Source: Bugula neritina
Taxonomy: Eukaryota > Animalia > Bryozoa
Length of the DNA: 64,000 bases
Direction: 5' to 3'
NCBI GenBank assembly: GCA_964035545.1
Contig: OZ037767.1
Span: forward strand, 28,102,628-28,166,627
Shown: piece by piece, positions 15,001 to 29,668 of the stretch
Layout: every line of letters starts with the position of its first letter
Position numbering within the stretch: the first letter of the stretch is position 1
The notes under the pieces: model-generated
The model's input: the letters and a program-made list of their open reading frames with translations, nothing else
Databases searched by the model: none
What the model was told of the DNA's origin: nothing
Program-made: the position numbers and the translations under genes

Positions 15001-18000
15001 ATCATAACATATTCAAATATACAGAATATATAGACTATCTATTGCTACTTGAACAGAAAAAGTTTCATTGCTGCTAGCATGCAATGCCATCTTTCTCAGC
15101 ATTTTGTTACTCTTATCAACCCAGTCTTGTTTATCATTTTGAAAGAGTTAAAAATAGTTTTGAGTAAATTTTTACTTTGCAGAAAGCCGGGTCCCAAGCT
15201 AAAGAAAAAGGCTAAAAAAGTGAAGAGTAGAACCAACCATGGGCAGAGGGTCATAGATACCCCGTCCCCACTTCCTTTAGAGAGTGCAGAAAATGTCGAT
15301 CTGGCTTTGAAGACTGCAGCATTGCAGAAGAATGGTATGTAGCTTGCAAACATGTTTTCAGACATCTTTTTATTACTACAATCCTCTGGTAAACAAGTGC
15401 AGTTGTAACATCGCCAAGGGCTTCACCAGGAATTAACAACCTAGCATGTGTCATGGTTGGTGGAGTATAAACATGCCTGTTATCTAATGTTAAAGATGTC
15501 AATGTAGAAATGTTTGTGATTGCAGATGACGCTACGGAGACATCAAGCAGAATGAGTGCTTTCTTCTGTCCGTCTGAAACTGTTTATCTGAAGGCCAACG
15601 AAACCCGCACCATTCAGATCCACTTCCTTCCTTTTAATCTTGGTATTATGATAATACATAGTAGCATCACAGTTACACTGCATTCGCTATGAATTTGTTG
15701 ATGTCATACAAGCTGATTGCCAGTGTCATGGTAGTCATTACTTCAGCAAGCTAGTTCATATAGTTGCATGAATATTACACTTACAGCAGGGTAGTTATAT
15801 GAGATGCAAGGCAATGTTTTCCTAGTAGTTTGTTTTTAATATAAAGTTGAGTAAATACTGCGTATGTAAAATGACGTGTGTAAGTATTGATGTTATATAA
15901 CAAATGGCATAATATAGAATGTGTTGCTATCAAATATTATGATCAAAAATATAATGAAGTGACAGCAACCATCAACTCATTACATGGACACTGCATATCT
16001 GTTACCAGGTAAATACACCTGCTCAGCAATACTGATGAACGAGAATATCGGAGAGTTTCTATATACGATTGAGGTCAAAGCAGTCTACCCACAAATCTCT
16101 GCTCTGCCGTTTAAACCCGGACCACACAGTGTGCGCATCAGCAGCGCCGCGGCAGCAAGTAGGTCTCTCATTGGCTGAATTGTTTTTCTGTAGATTCTGT
16201 GCAATTCTCTTATGTGTGTAAGTTTTTGATTGGTTCTGCTTTATAAAGTTTCTCAATCCTTGTTTGCAAATATTGTGTTGAATTTGAGTTGTTTTATGTT
16301 TGAATTTTGTTTACGGTGTGTTTATTTCAGGCAACTCTGTGGAGAAATTTGGTACTATCATATTTTCTATTAGTACATGTATACCTGTTCTATCCTCACT
16401 ATGCTACACTATTCTATGCTATGTTACTCTGGTTGTGTGGGTTGAATAGTTTAACTACAGTATATACTTCTAGCTCAGCGTTAGATTAAGTAGTTTGTAG
16501 GTAGTATGTATTTCAGTGTGGAGAATTTATATTATAAACAATTGCACATTATTACATGTGATAATATTGCGTCACCTTTTACCTGTCGCTTTCATAAGTA
16601 TACTAAATGCAGTAAATTGGTTTAAAGTCTGATGATGCATTTATTCCGAAATATTTATTCAGTTAATGGTTATAAATTTTCTTTTTTTCTTCATCATTCA
16701 ATAATCGTCAAAACCTCTCTTTCATCAGTCTTAGAACAATCAAAGCTTTATAAATGTAGGAAAGACAAATCTATCTATTTAGTTTAGTTCCAGGTGCCAC
16801 GTGTGTAATGTTAGCAGTTAAAGAATTCACTAACACAATAGCAACTATTTCCTATGGGCTGATAGGATCATTATTAGAGTAGCTAGCAGCATGTAGATTT
16901 CTGTAGTCAGCGTGTGATGCGTGTCAACAGGTACTTATACAGTTTCTGTCATAGCATATGCTCTCATTACTTCCAGCATACTGGATATTTCACCATTGAA
17001 TTTCAGCAGCTCGTACTCTGTGTTGACAGGCAGAGGTTTGGGTCAGTTTGGAGGCCGTGATGATGTCATCTACTGGAAGTGCGAAGTGGGTCAGCTGTTA
17101 GAAGAGGTGCTGACTGTACCGATGACTAACATACGGCGTGAAGAGGCTCTGATTACGGCAGCTCACCAGCAGATGACAGAAATGGAGTACGACAGACGCC
17201 GAGTTACCGGTACACTCAACAGTTCTACCATAACCACCCAGGCCGTGGAGCTGCTCACAGTGGGGAGAAAACTCCAGCATAGCCTCAAGCAACCCAAGGT
17301 ACGCGTTTCATGAGCATATTTATTATGTTTACTAGTGGTTATGAATAATATATTGTTTGTGTTTTAATTTGTACTCAGAGATTTCAGAGGCACAAAATGA
17401 TAAGATGAAGAAAGATTAAGAAGGTTTTCAGCAGCTGAGAGGACTGGGACTAGTCGGGTTGCTAAGCTAACACAGCCCCCTTATCGTTGGACATGGTTTG
17501 GTTCTCACTCTAAACTTACTATCTTGTATATTCTTCAGGCCAAACACCACCAGGGCACACAGTTCACGGTGACTCTAGACTCCAAGTACTTCAGTTGTCC
17601 TGCTAAGATATTCGCACCTCATCCGAATTCTCAGCCAAAACCTAAACAAGATGACCGGAGTGCCACCGAAGGTTAGATCTCCGCACTTTGTTTAGTTTCA
17701 ACGCTTAGTGCCTACTTCTTCAAACCTGTATTTTATCGAAGTTGGTTTTTTTACTGCAGTTTATGTCAGCATGTTTAACTGTGTTTCTAGTCATGAGTCG
17801 ACAACGACTAAAAACAGGTAAACTTTATCACATTTCCATGTTCAACACTAACCGGGTAAATTGAGTATATTTGCTGTAATTACTTCACTATTAAACATTT
17901 GATTACTAACTTTTGCTGTTTGTTATCCTTAATTCTGTTGGCGTTTAGTATTCATCTTGCCTACTGCTGATACGCTACTTGCATGTTTTATAACTGAATT

Positions 18001-21000
18001 GATTAGGTTGTGTTTTGATCATTGCAGATTTGTATTCCATAAACAATTCATGCTACATGATTAGTTTACTTTTGGATTTTCTGTTTTTCAGTTGCAAAAC
18101 TAAAATTCCATGAATTTTATTTATTTATTTACAAAGAGATGTTAATTTCTGAACTTTTTATTTTATCTCACAGAATTTATATTACTTTAAAATATAAGTG
18201 TGTGTGGTACATAGGTATGGTGCTGGATGATGGAAACATAGAACTGCCAATCAAATTTACCGCTGATAAATCAGGCCATTACCCATGTCGCATTGTCCTG
18301 GAAGCCCCTGATGACATCAGAGTGTATCAAGTAGAGTGTACAGTGAACCCTCCTGGGTGCAGGTGGGTTGAAAGGGGGTCTCCACTGCCTCCCCTTACCA
18401 CTTTCTAGTGTACATTATCCTCTGGTTATGAAGTGTCTAGTTTCTCTATATAGAGTTTAGATACACACACATACGTTACAAACCACTAGCTAATGTATTA
18501 AGATTGTATCCACTTCTAATTTTAGTGCCCAGATAGAGTTGAGTGCCCCGGTACACCAGAGTGTTCTCCAGAACATTCCAATCATCAACACCAGTAAACA
18601 TGACTGGCAACTAGATGCCATCATAGATGGTGAGTTGTCTTCTTTTCCCTCTACACGCTGAAATACCTAAAGTATTGTCTTACGATAGTGGCGTTACTGT
18701 GTTGTGTAGTTCCTTGCTTCCATCATGTCTGTTTTATGATGTTGTAAGTTATCCCACCCTGCAGGGGAACACTTGAACTCACACATATTCTACTTTGCAT
18801 TAAGAAGTGTTTGGTTTAAACTATTATCGGTTTATTAAAGTACTAAGGTTGAAGTAGTAAGGTAACATGAACTCACTTCATGCAGTACTATATGACTTTC
18901 TTATTCGGCAGGGATGGGATTTTATGGCCCACAGTCACTGATAGCTAAAGCTATGCAAGTTACCAACTACCCTCTCACCTTCCGGCCATCATATGAGACG
19001 ACCGTGGATGGAAGTCTGGTGCTGGAAAACAAGGCCGACTGTCACGAACATACCTTTGACTTAATTGGTCGAGCCACCGAACCCTTGGCTCTTGAGAAGA
19101 TTGTCGTTAAAGGAACTGTGAATGGACCTTGGTCTAGAGTAATTGATGTTCCAAATGTAACCAAGAAGAAGCTTGTGTACAGAGTAGGTGTAGCTCAAAC
19201 TTAATGCTACGTTTTATGTTTGCTGAGATGAGAAAATATAGACACTTGATAGTGTTGTTGGTGCGGTACTTTTAGTTTCCTATATTCAATTTAGTCCTTG
19301 TCTAAGGAATGTTTATTATAGCCTTTGTTCTATGATTACAGGTTGAAACTGACCTGCCCTTCCTCGGAGGGAAGCCTGTTCTTACAGTTCTTGAAGGACA
19401 ACTAGGCAAATATGAACTAACTGCACTTCCCCGGAGGAGAGGGAAGTTTACCGGAGTGGTGGCTTTTGTGGCTGGAAAGAATCCGTTGGTGTGAGTTGTG
19501 AAGCATTACTTCATTCCCTTTTTTGCTGTTTAGCTTCACCTTTTTGATAATCTGCATATATTGTTAGTCTCACCAGAGTCATTAGGTTGTCTCTGTGTGT
19601 GTACTAACTGCTGATAATTTGAATAGTTTGTGCTCCTTTGTTGAGAATTGGAGTAATATATGTTTCTATAAACAGCCAATTAGATGTTAGATCACATTTA
19701 ATATTTGAGTATATAAATACATCTTTCAGTAATCCAGGGACTATGAGCAAAAGCAGACGTTTTGTTTATGACAAATATCGAAGAATCCACGCTACTCCGT
19801 AATACATACCAGCGTTCTCTTCAGTTTATTGTTAGCATTTTCTGTTCAGTTACCATGTGTTAATGGAGTTTATATATCTAGTAAATAGTATAAACATTAC
19901 AGTTGCTGAAGTACTGAGTTGTCAGCTCCATGTGTCTGTAATGCTGATGTTATTCTCAAACTGTTAGAGATTTATGGCACTCAGAAAAAGTAGCCCAATG
20001 TTAATACTGGCTTAATGTTTACATGTGGTGTTGGGTATACAACGTAGTTTTTGTTTACTGCTACAAGATTTTCTCAAGTATAATAGTATAATAGTCATGT
20101 GTATTTGTCACGTAGTCAATACGACTCGGATGGAGACGAGATAGTTGGCTCTGACAATGAGGATGACGAGTACACAGGGTACAAAGTTTGGTACAGCGTA
20201 TCATGTGACATAGCCCCAGCTCCTGCAGAGAGAAGCATTTCTATCAAGTGTAACTGCCAAGTAAGTATAACTGTAACCAATCTGTTTGAATTGGTTTAGA
20301 CGTTGGACTGATATTTTATAAATTTGGCAACTTTTTTCCATAAATTTTCTGAATTTTTGCAGAAAAAGGCAATCGTAGAAATAGGTGTGAACAACCCAAC
20401 ACCAAATGACATCAAGCTAGAAGTGGAGATCCACGGTATGGGCTTGTCTGGAGCAAAAGATATTCTGGTACCAGCCAAGGGTAGGTTTCACTAATTCATG
20501 TATGTTCATCCCCTTTTGTAAGTATTTGAAATTTTGAGCTGTCAATCTCATTTGGGATAAAACAGAAGTTTGTGGCTAGTGATTGGTGTATACATCTACC
20601 CGAACTAGTTGACCATAAACAATGATGTCTTCTGTTACAGGAAGTGCCTCATATGAGTTGGTATTTTTCCCCACATGTATCGGGGAGACTAAAGGAAGTA
20701 TAATTTTCTACCATGACGCTACAGGAGAGTTTTGGTATGACATTGACCTTTTAGCTGAAAACCCCTCAATAACTAGCCTTCCAGAAATGACATGTGAACT
20801 GGGAAGGTAGGCTAAGTGATTATTATGGAGTTTGTATTATTTACTTGTGTTGACTGCAAATATGGATATCTGTTTATGTTTGAACGTACACTGGTCAATA
20901 GCTAACAGTTTTAGAATTTGCTAATGTAGCAAAATTTGACAATTCCATGCGTTTCAATCAATATAGATGGACCCAGCAGATGATTTCCTTGACGAACCCC

Positions 21001-24000
21001 ACAACAGAAGTGTTACAGTTTGTGCCGACGATCTCCAACGCCAACAACTTCTCTTTGGAAAGAGATGATCAGAGGCCCATTTTGATCAGACCCGGTGACA
21101 CTCTTCAAGTGCCCCTCAACTTCATGCCTTCAGCCTTAGGACCAGCTGACCACAAGGCTAAGATAACATTCCACAGTGAAGAGGTTGGCATAGAACTAGC
21201 TAAATGTGCATCACATATGTCAGTACATATTCTATACATGCATATTTAATAGAAGTATGTGTATACAGTAATATTCACTGATAAATTTTAGTTTGGAGAA
21301 TGGGTGTTCACTGCATCGGGTAAAGGTACCCTCCCACAAACGCAAGAGCCGGTTAGCTTGAGTTCTCCCGCTGGAGCCAGTACTACTATGATTATACCAT
21401 TTAGGAACCCGTTGGACACGGCCGTCAGTGTAGACGTTATTCTTACAGGTATTTGCTCCATCTGAATCTCACTTTGAACTTGGATGTGAATGCATCACCT
21501 TCATGTATGTGCACATTATCTAACCTCACCCATATATTCAACTGACAATCATTTTAGCATGTAACTGTAACACTACAGTTCGTCACGGTAATAATAAAAC
21601 ATTGTAGTTCTTGTGTAGTAACATTGCTTGTTGCTTTCTTCTTATGTGTAAAGGCGTGAGATGTGTTTCAATAGAGTTTATTTTAGATGTTATAATGATA
21701 TGTAGTGCATAAGAACTCGTTAGACGTGGCAGTGCTAGAACTTGTAGTGTGATAAGATGAGTGAAAGCTTGTAACTGATTGGTCTGAATATAAAAACAGA
21801 GATTTACCTTCGGCGGGACTTGAACCCTTTTTAGAATTTCACTCGTATAACTGTGTGTTGGTGGCTCCTTTCTGTCATGAATAACATTTTGATTGGAGTG
21901 TATTATATTAGAAGCTATTAAGTTCTATATGTATTCTTATTTATAACAGATTAATATCATTATAATATATATATACCTACCAATGTTATCTAAGGTTAAT
22001 TGTTTTAACTTGAAATTTGCAGTGTTTTATAATAATTATGGTACAATAACAAACCTTTGGCACATTATAGGTAAGCAGGCCTCTTCTCAAATAGTTTAGT
22101 TGTAGCAATTTTGCTATTTGACACTGAAATAGTTGTTAAATAGATATTAGTAGCAGTAGCAGCAGCAGCAGTAACTATTGTAAATTAAAATTGTGTTAAG
22201 TCTTACAGATTTTCTCTCTTTTAAAGAATGCAGCATTGGCCCCATAGTATTTAGCTCAAAATCTAAGTGGCTTTCAAAAATAATTCATTATTATAATTAT
22301 CAATAATTGAAGATTTACACAAAAAACGATGTTGAGATTTTTACAATCAGTTATTTTACTTTTGTATACGTATCTGTTTCCAGACGCGGAGGTTCAGCAT
22401 CAAAAAATTTTACGACCTCGGGATTTAGCTCCCGACACTCCTTTTAAACTTCTGCTGAAAAAATCGGCAGGCGTAAGAGTGGGTCCAAAGTCTACTATAG
22501 ACATCCCAGTATCATTTGCTCCAGAAGAAATGAAAATGTATGAAGCGCTGTGTGTGGTCTCAGTAAAGAACGTTGACGGGTCGGGCTGGAAGTATACAGC
22601 CCTGTCTTCCGAGAGTCTGTAAGTTACCAAGTCTATGTTCATTTATAGCAATTAATAAAGAAAGTTTCTGTAGTTTAGTTGTCAGTCAGTGAACTCTTCA
22701 ACTACGCTGTTGATTACAGAACTAATGCAGCCTTGCTTCATCAAGACGAGGTGTACGAGATCAAGTGGCTTTACCCGATCCAAGGAATCACGGAAGCTAT
22801 TGACCCTACAGCCAAGTCAGCTATCCTTGAATGTCAGGCCCGGAACCGCATGGAGGAGAGACTAGAGGTCACTCTCACCGGGGTAGCTCCTTCTTCCTCG
22901 GGTCAAACTAGAACAATAAAGGCGAGGGCAGTAACTCCAAACAACACTGATCCAGCTGTGCCCAAGGGCGTAGTCGTAGCTGAAGGTGAGGCTGTAAAAA
23001 GATAATAGAGTTTGTAACACTTGAGGTCAGCCCTGTACGTCTTCTAGTGCATCACATCATACAGAAAAACTGTTTCCTTGCTTTATCTCAGTAATTTATA
23101 TATTGAGTTAAATGTAAAGCCATATGATACTAATATACTAATTGTGAATCGAATTTGTTGGTGAGTATTTGAGCTCTTGCAGGTATCATGGTGGCCAAGC
23201 AGTTCTCCTATAACTTTGAGTATTTCTCGGCTGAACAAAGAAAGGCTCTGGAACACTGTGTTGCTCTTTCATTGGTGCGTCAGCAAAGAGATAGCCTATC
23301 AGGAGTTGTAACACTGGTGTTTAACATAGTGTATGCACCATACATACAAATGAGGTAGGCGGCTTTTTAAATTCATATTTTTTGTTTATTTTATTTAGCT
23401 TCTGACAAGTTATCACTATTAAACAAAATAATTTGCAAGCCAACAATTGTCATTTAGTAAGAACATGTGGATAGTACTTATGCCAACAAGTTTTATTCTT
23501 ACAAATTGCGCCAAAAGCTACAGAAATTTTAGTAAAGACTTATAATTTTATTATAAGCTTCCTCTTTGTTACAGTTGATGTTTTAAATGTTCATCGGGTA
23601 AACATTAGCTGCTGCTGTTTATAGACATGACGTGATGCTAGTCATCAAGTCTGCAACTGGAGGTGTCTGGAAGTTCCCAGTCAGGTTTCTCGCCTCTGAG
23701 CCAGTGGCAGATGACGTAATAACCTTGGAGGCAGCAGGTCTGGACAAGATATCCAGTGTCGGCGTCAGACTTAGCAGTCAAACTAAGTATGGTTTTTATA
23801 CGGCCATCTTAGTGTGCTTCAGATCTCAGTTATAATGAATAAGTGAACTTGATCGAGGAGTGAAGTGTAGATTAAAGATCTTGTTTATCGCTTTTATAGC
23901 TACAAATATATCGCAAAATATTCTAAAATAATTTTTCTATTGAATGTGGAATATTTTTTTAAACTAAGCTGTATAGTGTATTTTGTTTCAAAATTATGCG

Positions 24001-24912
24001 AAAACAATTTTGCTAAAACTGTGTCTTCTTGAAAGTAGCTACAAATGAAAAAGAGAAGTTACTCATTTGCACTGATTGGTTGATGGAGTTTGAAGGTGAT
24101 TTGGTATGTATTCACATTCTCTTGCAGATCTCCCGCCTCCTATCAGGCCTACCTACTGGGAAACAGTGACCCAGAATTCTCCGTTTCACCGAGTAGCGGA
24201 GAACTTCCTCCTGTAGACTGCAACCAGGGGGCGCTTCTCATTATATCTTTCACTCCAAACAAGTATGGCAAAGTATACAAGGGGAAACTTGTTGTTCAGG
24301 TATGCATAGAGACTTCTGCTAAGTCACTTCTCTTGTTATATGCGTCAATGTAGGTAAGGTGAGAGCATGCTCAAAATGGAGGGCAGAGTTTGGCAAGCGG
24401 CAGACTACAGTCTAGAATACTACTAGCAGTTGTCAGTAAATATCATAGAAAATACTAGATCTTAAGTTTTTATCAATTTTCATCCTGATAATGTTTCTAT
24501 CAACCATATGATCAAAAGTTTAGATTTAACAAAGGTTATTTGATTTTGTTTCTTGTAGTAAATTGTATTGTAAAATGCTTCAGTGTGACATTGCACACAT
24601 ATGTTTGTGACAAAATCTATTTGATATGAGACCTTAAAATTCTCAATACATTTTCAGACATCAGAGATGCAGTGGACGTACGACTTGGTTGGCACTTTGC
24701 CAGAATACACGCCACCACAGAGCCAGTTCTCTAGACCAGGTAAGGGGTTGATATCAAGGTCGGCAGACAAACGAAATTACGTACTAAGTAACCTGAAACT
24801 AACCACTACGGCAGTCAGCTCTCCTATAAAAGGCATGCCTGTTATTCAGAGGAAGTCTAAGAACGCCAGGTATTGTGAAGATTGTAATGATTGGATGCAC
24901 ATCACAAAGTAA
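86..24912 (+). CDS. CFAP47: Cilia- and flagella-associated protein 47 (5'-truncated by window; about 45 exons)
   Basis: GT-AG exons translate to motifs I recognise from CFAP47: IAFPNDRYASVRP (86-209), TIFTRANRHNYSDPDY (767-), the calponin-homology-region segments NIYSVSERIIAAWMN / VNFDYDLLDGLVLAACLGAYCPFL / DIQAIDITDPNPVSLLMLCVYLYQKLP (11240-12250), EFKSRFLRPASAMLILV, GEFWYDIDLLA, GGVWKFPVRFLASEP, and the last exon TSEMQWTYDLVG..., stop TAA 24910-24912. Exon phases were consistent where checked. Confidence 0.93.
6262..6500. repeat. ~15 bp minisatellite (ctatatactgtgac-type) in a CFAP47 intron
   Basis: Visible imperfect tandem copies. Confidence 0.85.
10455..10562. repeat. 25 bp tandem repeat, ~4 copies
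   Basis: Unit agctttttctctgaaagctttttat. Confidence 0.85.
13218..13378. repeat. 33 bp tandem repeat, ~5 copies
   Basis: Unit approx. atatgctagacatctatagcatataatatgtag. Confidence 0.8.
21805..21827 (-). other. tRNA 3'-arm / B-box fragment (tRNA pseudogene or SINE remnant)
   Basis: Reverse complement gggttcaagtcccgccgaaggta resembles a T-arm + acceptor strand and is followed shortly by a T-run; the 5' half is absent. Confidence 0.4.
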
Positions 24913-25521
24913 CTGTGCTGGATTTTTATTGGTCGGTGTTTCAAATGATTAACAGACTATTCACAGTATCATATGAACTTTTGAAAATGTTAATGTGTTA
25001 TTTATCCTGCTATCCGTCCAGTTCTCCCTCCAATTATATTTTTGTGTGTAGCTAATCATATTGCTCAGACATTTTACAGAGTGTATTTTCTGTGATATCT
25101 TTAAATCTTAAATATTCAATACTTTATTTAAATATATATATTATTTTCTTTGGTTAATACACAACTGTGAGTTGCTTTCTATAGGAAGAATTGCTAGTCA
25201 GCAATATGATGCTGTTTCATTTCCAAATCATGTTCATAAAATTGTTTTTCGCCATGACCCTAGCAGATAGATTAGAGAACTAGTAGTTACTAGTACTAGT
25301 CTGTATGTAAAGATTCATGAAGAAAATATTTGTAATCGCTTTGATTGCAATGACAATTTCATATATGATAAATGCATAGCGGAGAATGTATTTTAAAATA
25401 ATCCGTAGAAAATATAAACATGGATAATTTAATGCATCTGCTTATATAGTATATGAGTGTCAGGGTAACATAACTCTTAGTTGTTAAAGTACTAAGGGAA
25501 TGATACCACAGAGATGTGCAA

Positions 25522-28500
25522 CTACTTGGAACTCATCTGTCTGTCTTTAACATCAAGGTGAAGGTCAAACTGCTGGTCTAATGCCATGTATGAGTCACTC
25601 ATTACGTATAGCGTGAAGATTTGTCTCCCTGTAAGACATGACAATAGAGTGTATCAGTTATGGGAAAATATATTACCATATATTGCTATAAACAAAAAGA
25701 CTAGATTGTAAGACTACTATTTGCAAAATTGCTTTTTTGAAAACTTCAAATCTCTAAATAAACCGACCAAAATAAGCAAGACAAACAACTTCTATTTAAA
25801 AAGGAGTCTGCAACTTTCAATAAAGTTCTTGATTGAGTCAATGAATTATACACTTTACCAGTAGTTTCAGGGGTGACAATGACTAATGAAGCTGTGAGCT
25901 GTCCCTTGACAAACCCAACTCTCCTTAAAGCCCACAACTCCTTTGACTCGAGGTGACCAACGGCCAGTATCCATCCTTCATCTTTGGGTTTAGGCCACAC
26001 TTGAGACAAAGCTTTTGTATCACCCTTCGACCTCTTTAATAACAAGTGACAGTATTGTGACTTGAGACAAGTTAGAGCTTTCTTGTAGAAGAAAGTTGCC
26101 AACATGTGATCATTGGAAAAATGAAATGACAGGAGGGCAAAATAGTTGCATTACGCAATTTAAATAACACCTTTCTATACACTTGTCTTTTTGAGTTGCA
26201 GACAATCTCATTGCTTTGTATGAAATATTATGTTGAGACTTGAGTAAAACTGTTCAATTCATTTGCTTTTTTCCCCCAAATAAGTCATCTAAAAAGAATG
26301 ACCGCCTACACATGACAATCTTGGCCGCAGTATTATATTGGTAATTTACCAGCCATTTTATAAACTATTTATACAAACATTTTAGCCAACTGTGAGATCA
26401 AACGAATACTGATATTTACACTTGAGTGGGCAGCACAATGCCTCTAATAATCTCATCATCCCACAATACAATATGGGCATGAATTTCCACAAAACTAGTG
26501 TAGCGGAGATGAAAGATTTATGTTTGAAGCGTTTTTTCCCATCATATACACATGTTTTATTTTGAGCTAAAAGCAGTATTGAAGGAGTAAAATACTGTTG
26601 TCAGAGCATCTATTCCCAGTAAGCTTATAGCTAATGCAAAAATTTATCAATAATAAACAAATCACCTAAACCTTTAATTGATGCAGTTTCTATGAATATC
26701 ACATATTTCCCATCTATACACGGAAATTTCTTAACAACTCTCCAGAGTTTTACTCAGTGGATCTTGTCTTGATGCATGTGTTTATGTACAATAGAATAAC
26801 GGGCCTATCAGGACCTAGAAGCTACATCAGCAGGTAAGTAGAAGGCTGCACACGAGACTTACCTTGACCTTGTTCAGTCTACGCAGGTTCACTACTACAG
26901 TATACTCCTGGTTGGCTTTCACTTCCACCCACTCAAAATCCTTAGTAGCCTTTGAACCACCAGCATGAATATTAACAGGCCGTTCATCTTCTTCCCCTTC
27001 ACCATCTTCAGCTGTAGCTCTTAGACCAACAGCTACTGCAATTCTCGGCAGCAACTGGATGTGTCTCTCAATCTGTAATCAATTTCTTGTCTATGAAATG
27101 CATTATGGGATACATAGGACGGAAGATATTGGAGAAGCGTGAATGTGGAGAGAGCATGTGAAACATCTACCATGTTTGTATATCATTAGAGAGACTACTT
27201 ACTCAGTTTAAACTACACAATGGTATGTACATTGGAAGCAGACCTTCTAAATCATAGAAGAAGGAAAAAGATACATCTTAGGGCATCACACAACTTTATA
27301 TGCTGCATTTCTAAGGCACTTTTGCTATTCTATACCATAAAATTTAGTGTGCTAATGCGCTGGTCTTTTATGATAAGCCTAAACCTGTCTAATATGAGAA
27401 AGGCTATAAGTTCTGTTATGTTAATAATGTGATGATTGACAGAGTCTGTTCCAACTCAACTCTAAAACTCGTAGAATATGCTTCCATATTAGCATTCCAT
27501 ATTTTACACCTTATTAGTTAAGAACTATGAAGTACATAAAGTTGCAGATCATATAAGCTGACAGCAAATATATAGCCAATACAGAGAGGAGATAATTCCA
27601 ACCTCATCTACTTGCTGTCGAGTGAACTCGGACTGTGAGAAGATTTTCTTTAAGATCTCAGGCTTGGTATCATATTGATACATCAACTCTGGCAAACAGC
27701 GGTACCCTCTGTATATGTAAATAAAATTATATATAGTGTAGACTGTAGAGTATATTATATAGTATACAGTAGTACATATTGACAGTATATCAACTTATAT
27801 TGGCACATCTAAACAATTATGTAGTAAAAAATATATAAAATAACATAACATAACGTATATTATTAAATAATAAATACAATGCGATAATATAATATAATGT
27901 AATACAATCATACACCTTAAGTGGGTGCCTACTAACTTCATGAATCTTTTGTAAACCATTCCAAAAAGGACAGTAATTTGAAAAAAAATAATTTCATTTG
28001 TAATCTTCAAAAAAGCACTACAATATTAGGCTTTAAAAGGATGAATATGCGTGCATTCAATAACTAAAACCAATGAGCCCTTCCCTAAAGCCATGTTCTA
28101 AAACTTTGCTATGTAGCAGTGAAAACCCGATTAAGAGACACTACATTACTAAGTCAGTATAGTTTATGATTGTAAGATTGAATATAAACTAAAAAGATGG
28201 CTAGCTACTAAAGAAAATAAGAAAAGGCAGTGCACGGCTGTGAGTAGACAGAACTTGCCCTAAGTCACAGCAGGAGGGGACGCTCAGACAAGGTTCAACC
28301 AGTAACTAACCTAAAGAGGGTTTCCTGGCTAAAGTCAACGTGTGGCAGAGTGAGGAACGAGGAGTCAGTGAGCCACCGTCCCTGTATGAGCATCTGCAGA
28401 ACGAGGATAACTTGAAGGGAGGTACATAACCAACCCGCATCGGCAACCAGGTCTAGCATAGCCTGTAAAAGTCACATATAATTAGTAACAGTCACACACA

Positions 28501-29668
28501 GCTTGTCTCTATTGAGAATGTAATGGACACTGATTGGTCCAGAGAAAATTTTTTTCAACTCACCTGTAACACACGGATAGCCTGGTCCATCACACTCTTA
28601 GTGTCAGTGAGGTAGTCAGTGCTGGGCAGAGGGCACCTGCAGAGGTGTGCCTGCAGTAGGATGTATGCCTTGGTGTGTGAGTCATCCAGGGTGTACTTGT
28701 TGACCTCCAGAGGCAGCTTAGGGGCCAAATCTGCATTCAACTGATCTTCATTGTGTCTAACAGGCAGCTCTGCATATTCCTTGGCATCCTGTAAGATGAC
28801 ACCAGGTGAGGTATAGAGTGTCAGGTGACAGCAGGTGAGGTATAGAGTGTCAGCCACAATCAGGTAATAACTCACAATAGGGATAAATCACAAATAGGAA
28901 CCTCTTCCAGGATATTACCTAATATGCTTCAAAAACAAAACTAGTCAGGAAATATTTTGTAATCTAGTTAACAAGCTCCAGCAGTTTTAATGTAATTATT
29001 TTCAAACATTTGCATGTTAATCAGTTACCAAATAAAAGGAAATTCTTACTGCACTCAACGGAAACTCACTGAAAAATAATTATTCATTTGAATATCTACA
29101 GCTAGACTTGAAAGATTAGAATATTGTTTGAGATGATCTTACCAGGCCAAGAAATCTATTAAAGCACAACTCGCTATTGATAATTTGCATTCAGTGGCTG
29201 GTAACAAAACTTACAGACAATATCTTGAGAATGCCTTCTGTTGAACTCTGGTCACTCAGCTGTTCACAGAACAAGCGGACAGTAGCATGGTTGAGGTAGT
29301 AGTATGAAGATATCCTCCCCAGAGTTTCTGGCTCAATGCTATAGTTATCCTGTATGGTAACACATTATAACTGCTAATCAACAAGAAAGAGTTGACGTGA
29401 AAATATATACTCTTTCATTTTTCAGCTATTTGGTGAATATAACAGCATAAAAGCTTTACCAAGCTTTCCTTATAAGCATCAGTATTTTTATATAAATGAC
29501 GTCAGTTTTACTTAAATAAAAGCCCACATCTCACCCAAGCAGCCTAGTCTATTTACCTCAGCAATGGTAATACAACCAGAGCTTTGAATCTCTCTCAGAG
29601 TTTTCTCAACGAGAGCAGAAAGGTACTTGTTGATATGTTCAGGATCGGTATCATCCAGCTCGTAGTAA
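25522..29668 (-). CDS. ASCC3: Activating signal cointegrator 1 complex subunit 3 (Ski2-like helicase), last 8 exons (second Sec63 region)
   Basis: Minus-strand exons 29668-29557 (YYELDDTDPEHINKYLSALVE), 29349-29214 (LGRISSYYYLNHATV), 28788-28564 (EYAELPVRHNEDQLN...LPSTDYLTDTKSVMDQAIRVLQ), 28462-28311 (AMLDLVADAGWL...QGRW), 27708-27603, 27072-26863, 26033-25859 (WPKPKDEGWILAVG) and 25628-25522 (TLYVMSDSYMALDQQFD, stop TAG). These motifs are typical of ASCC3 rather than SNRNP200. Some internal boundaries are approximate. Confidence 0.93.
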
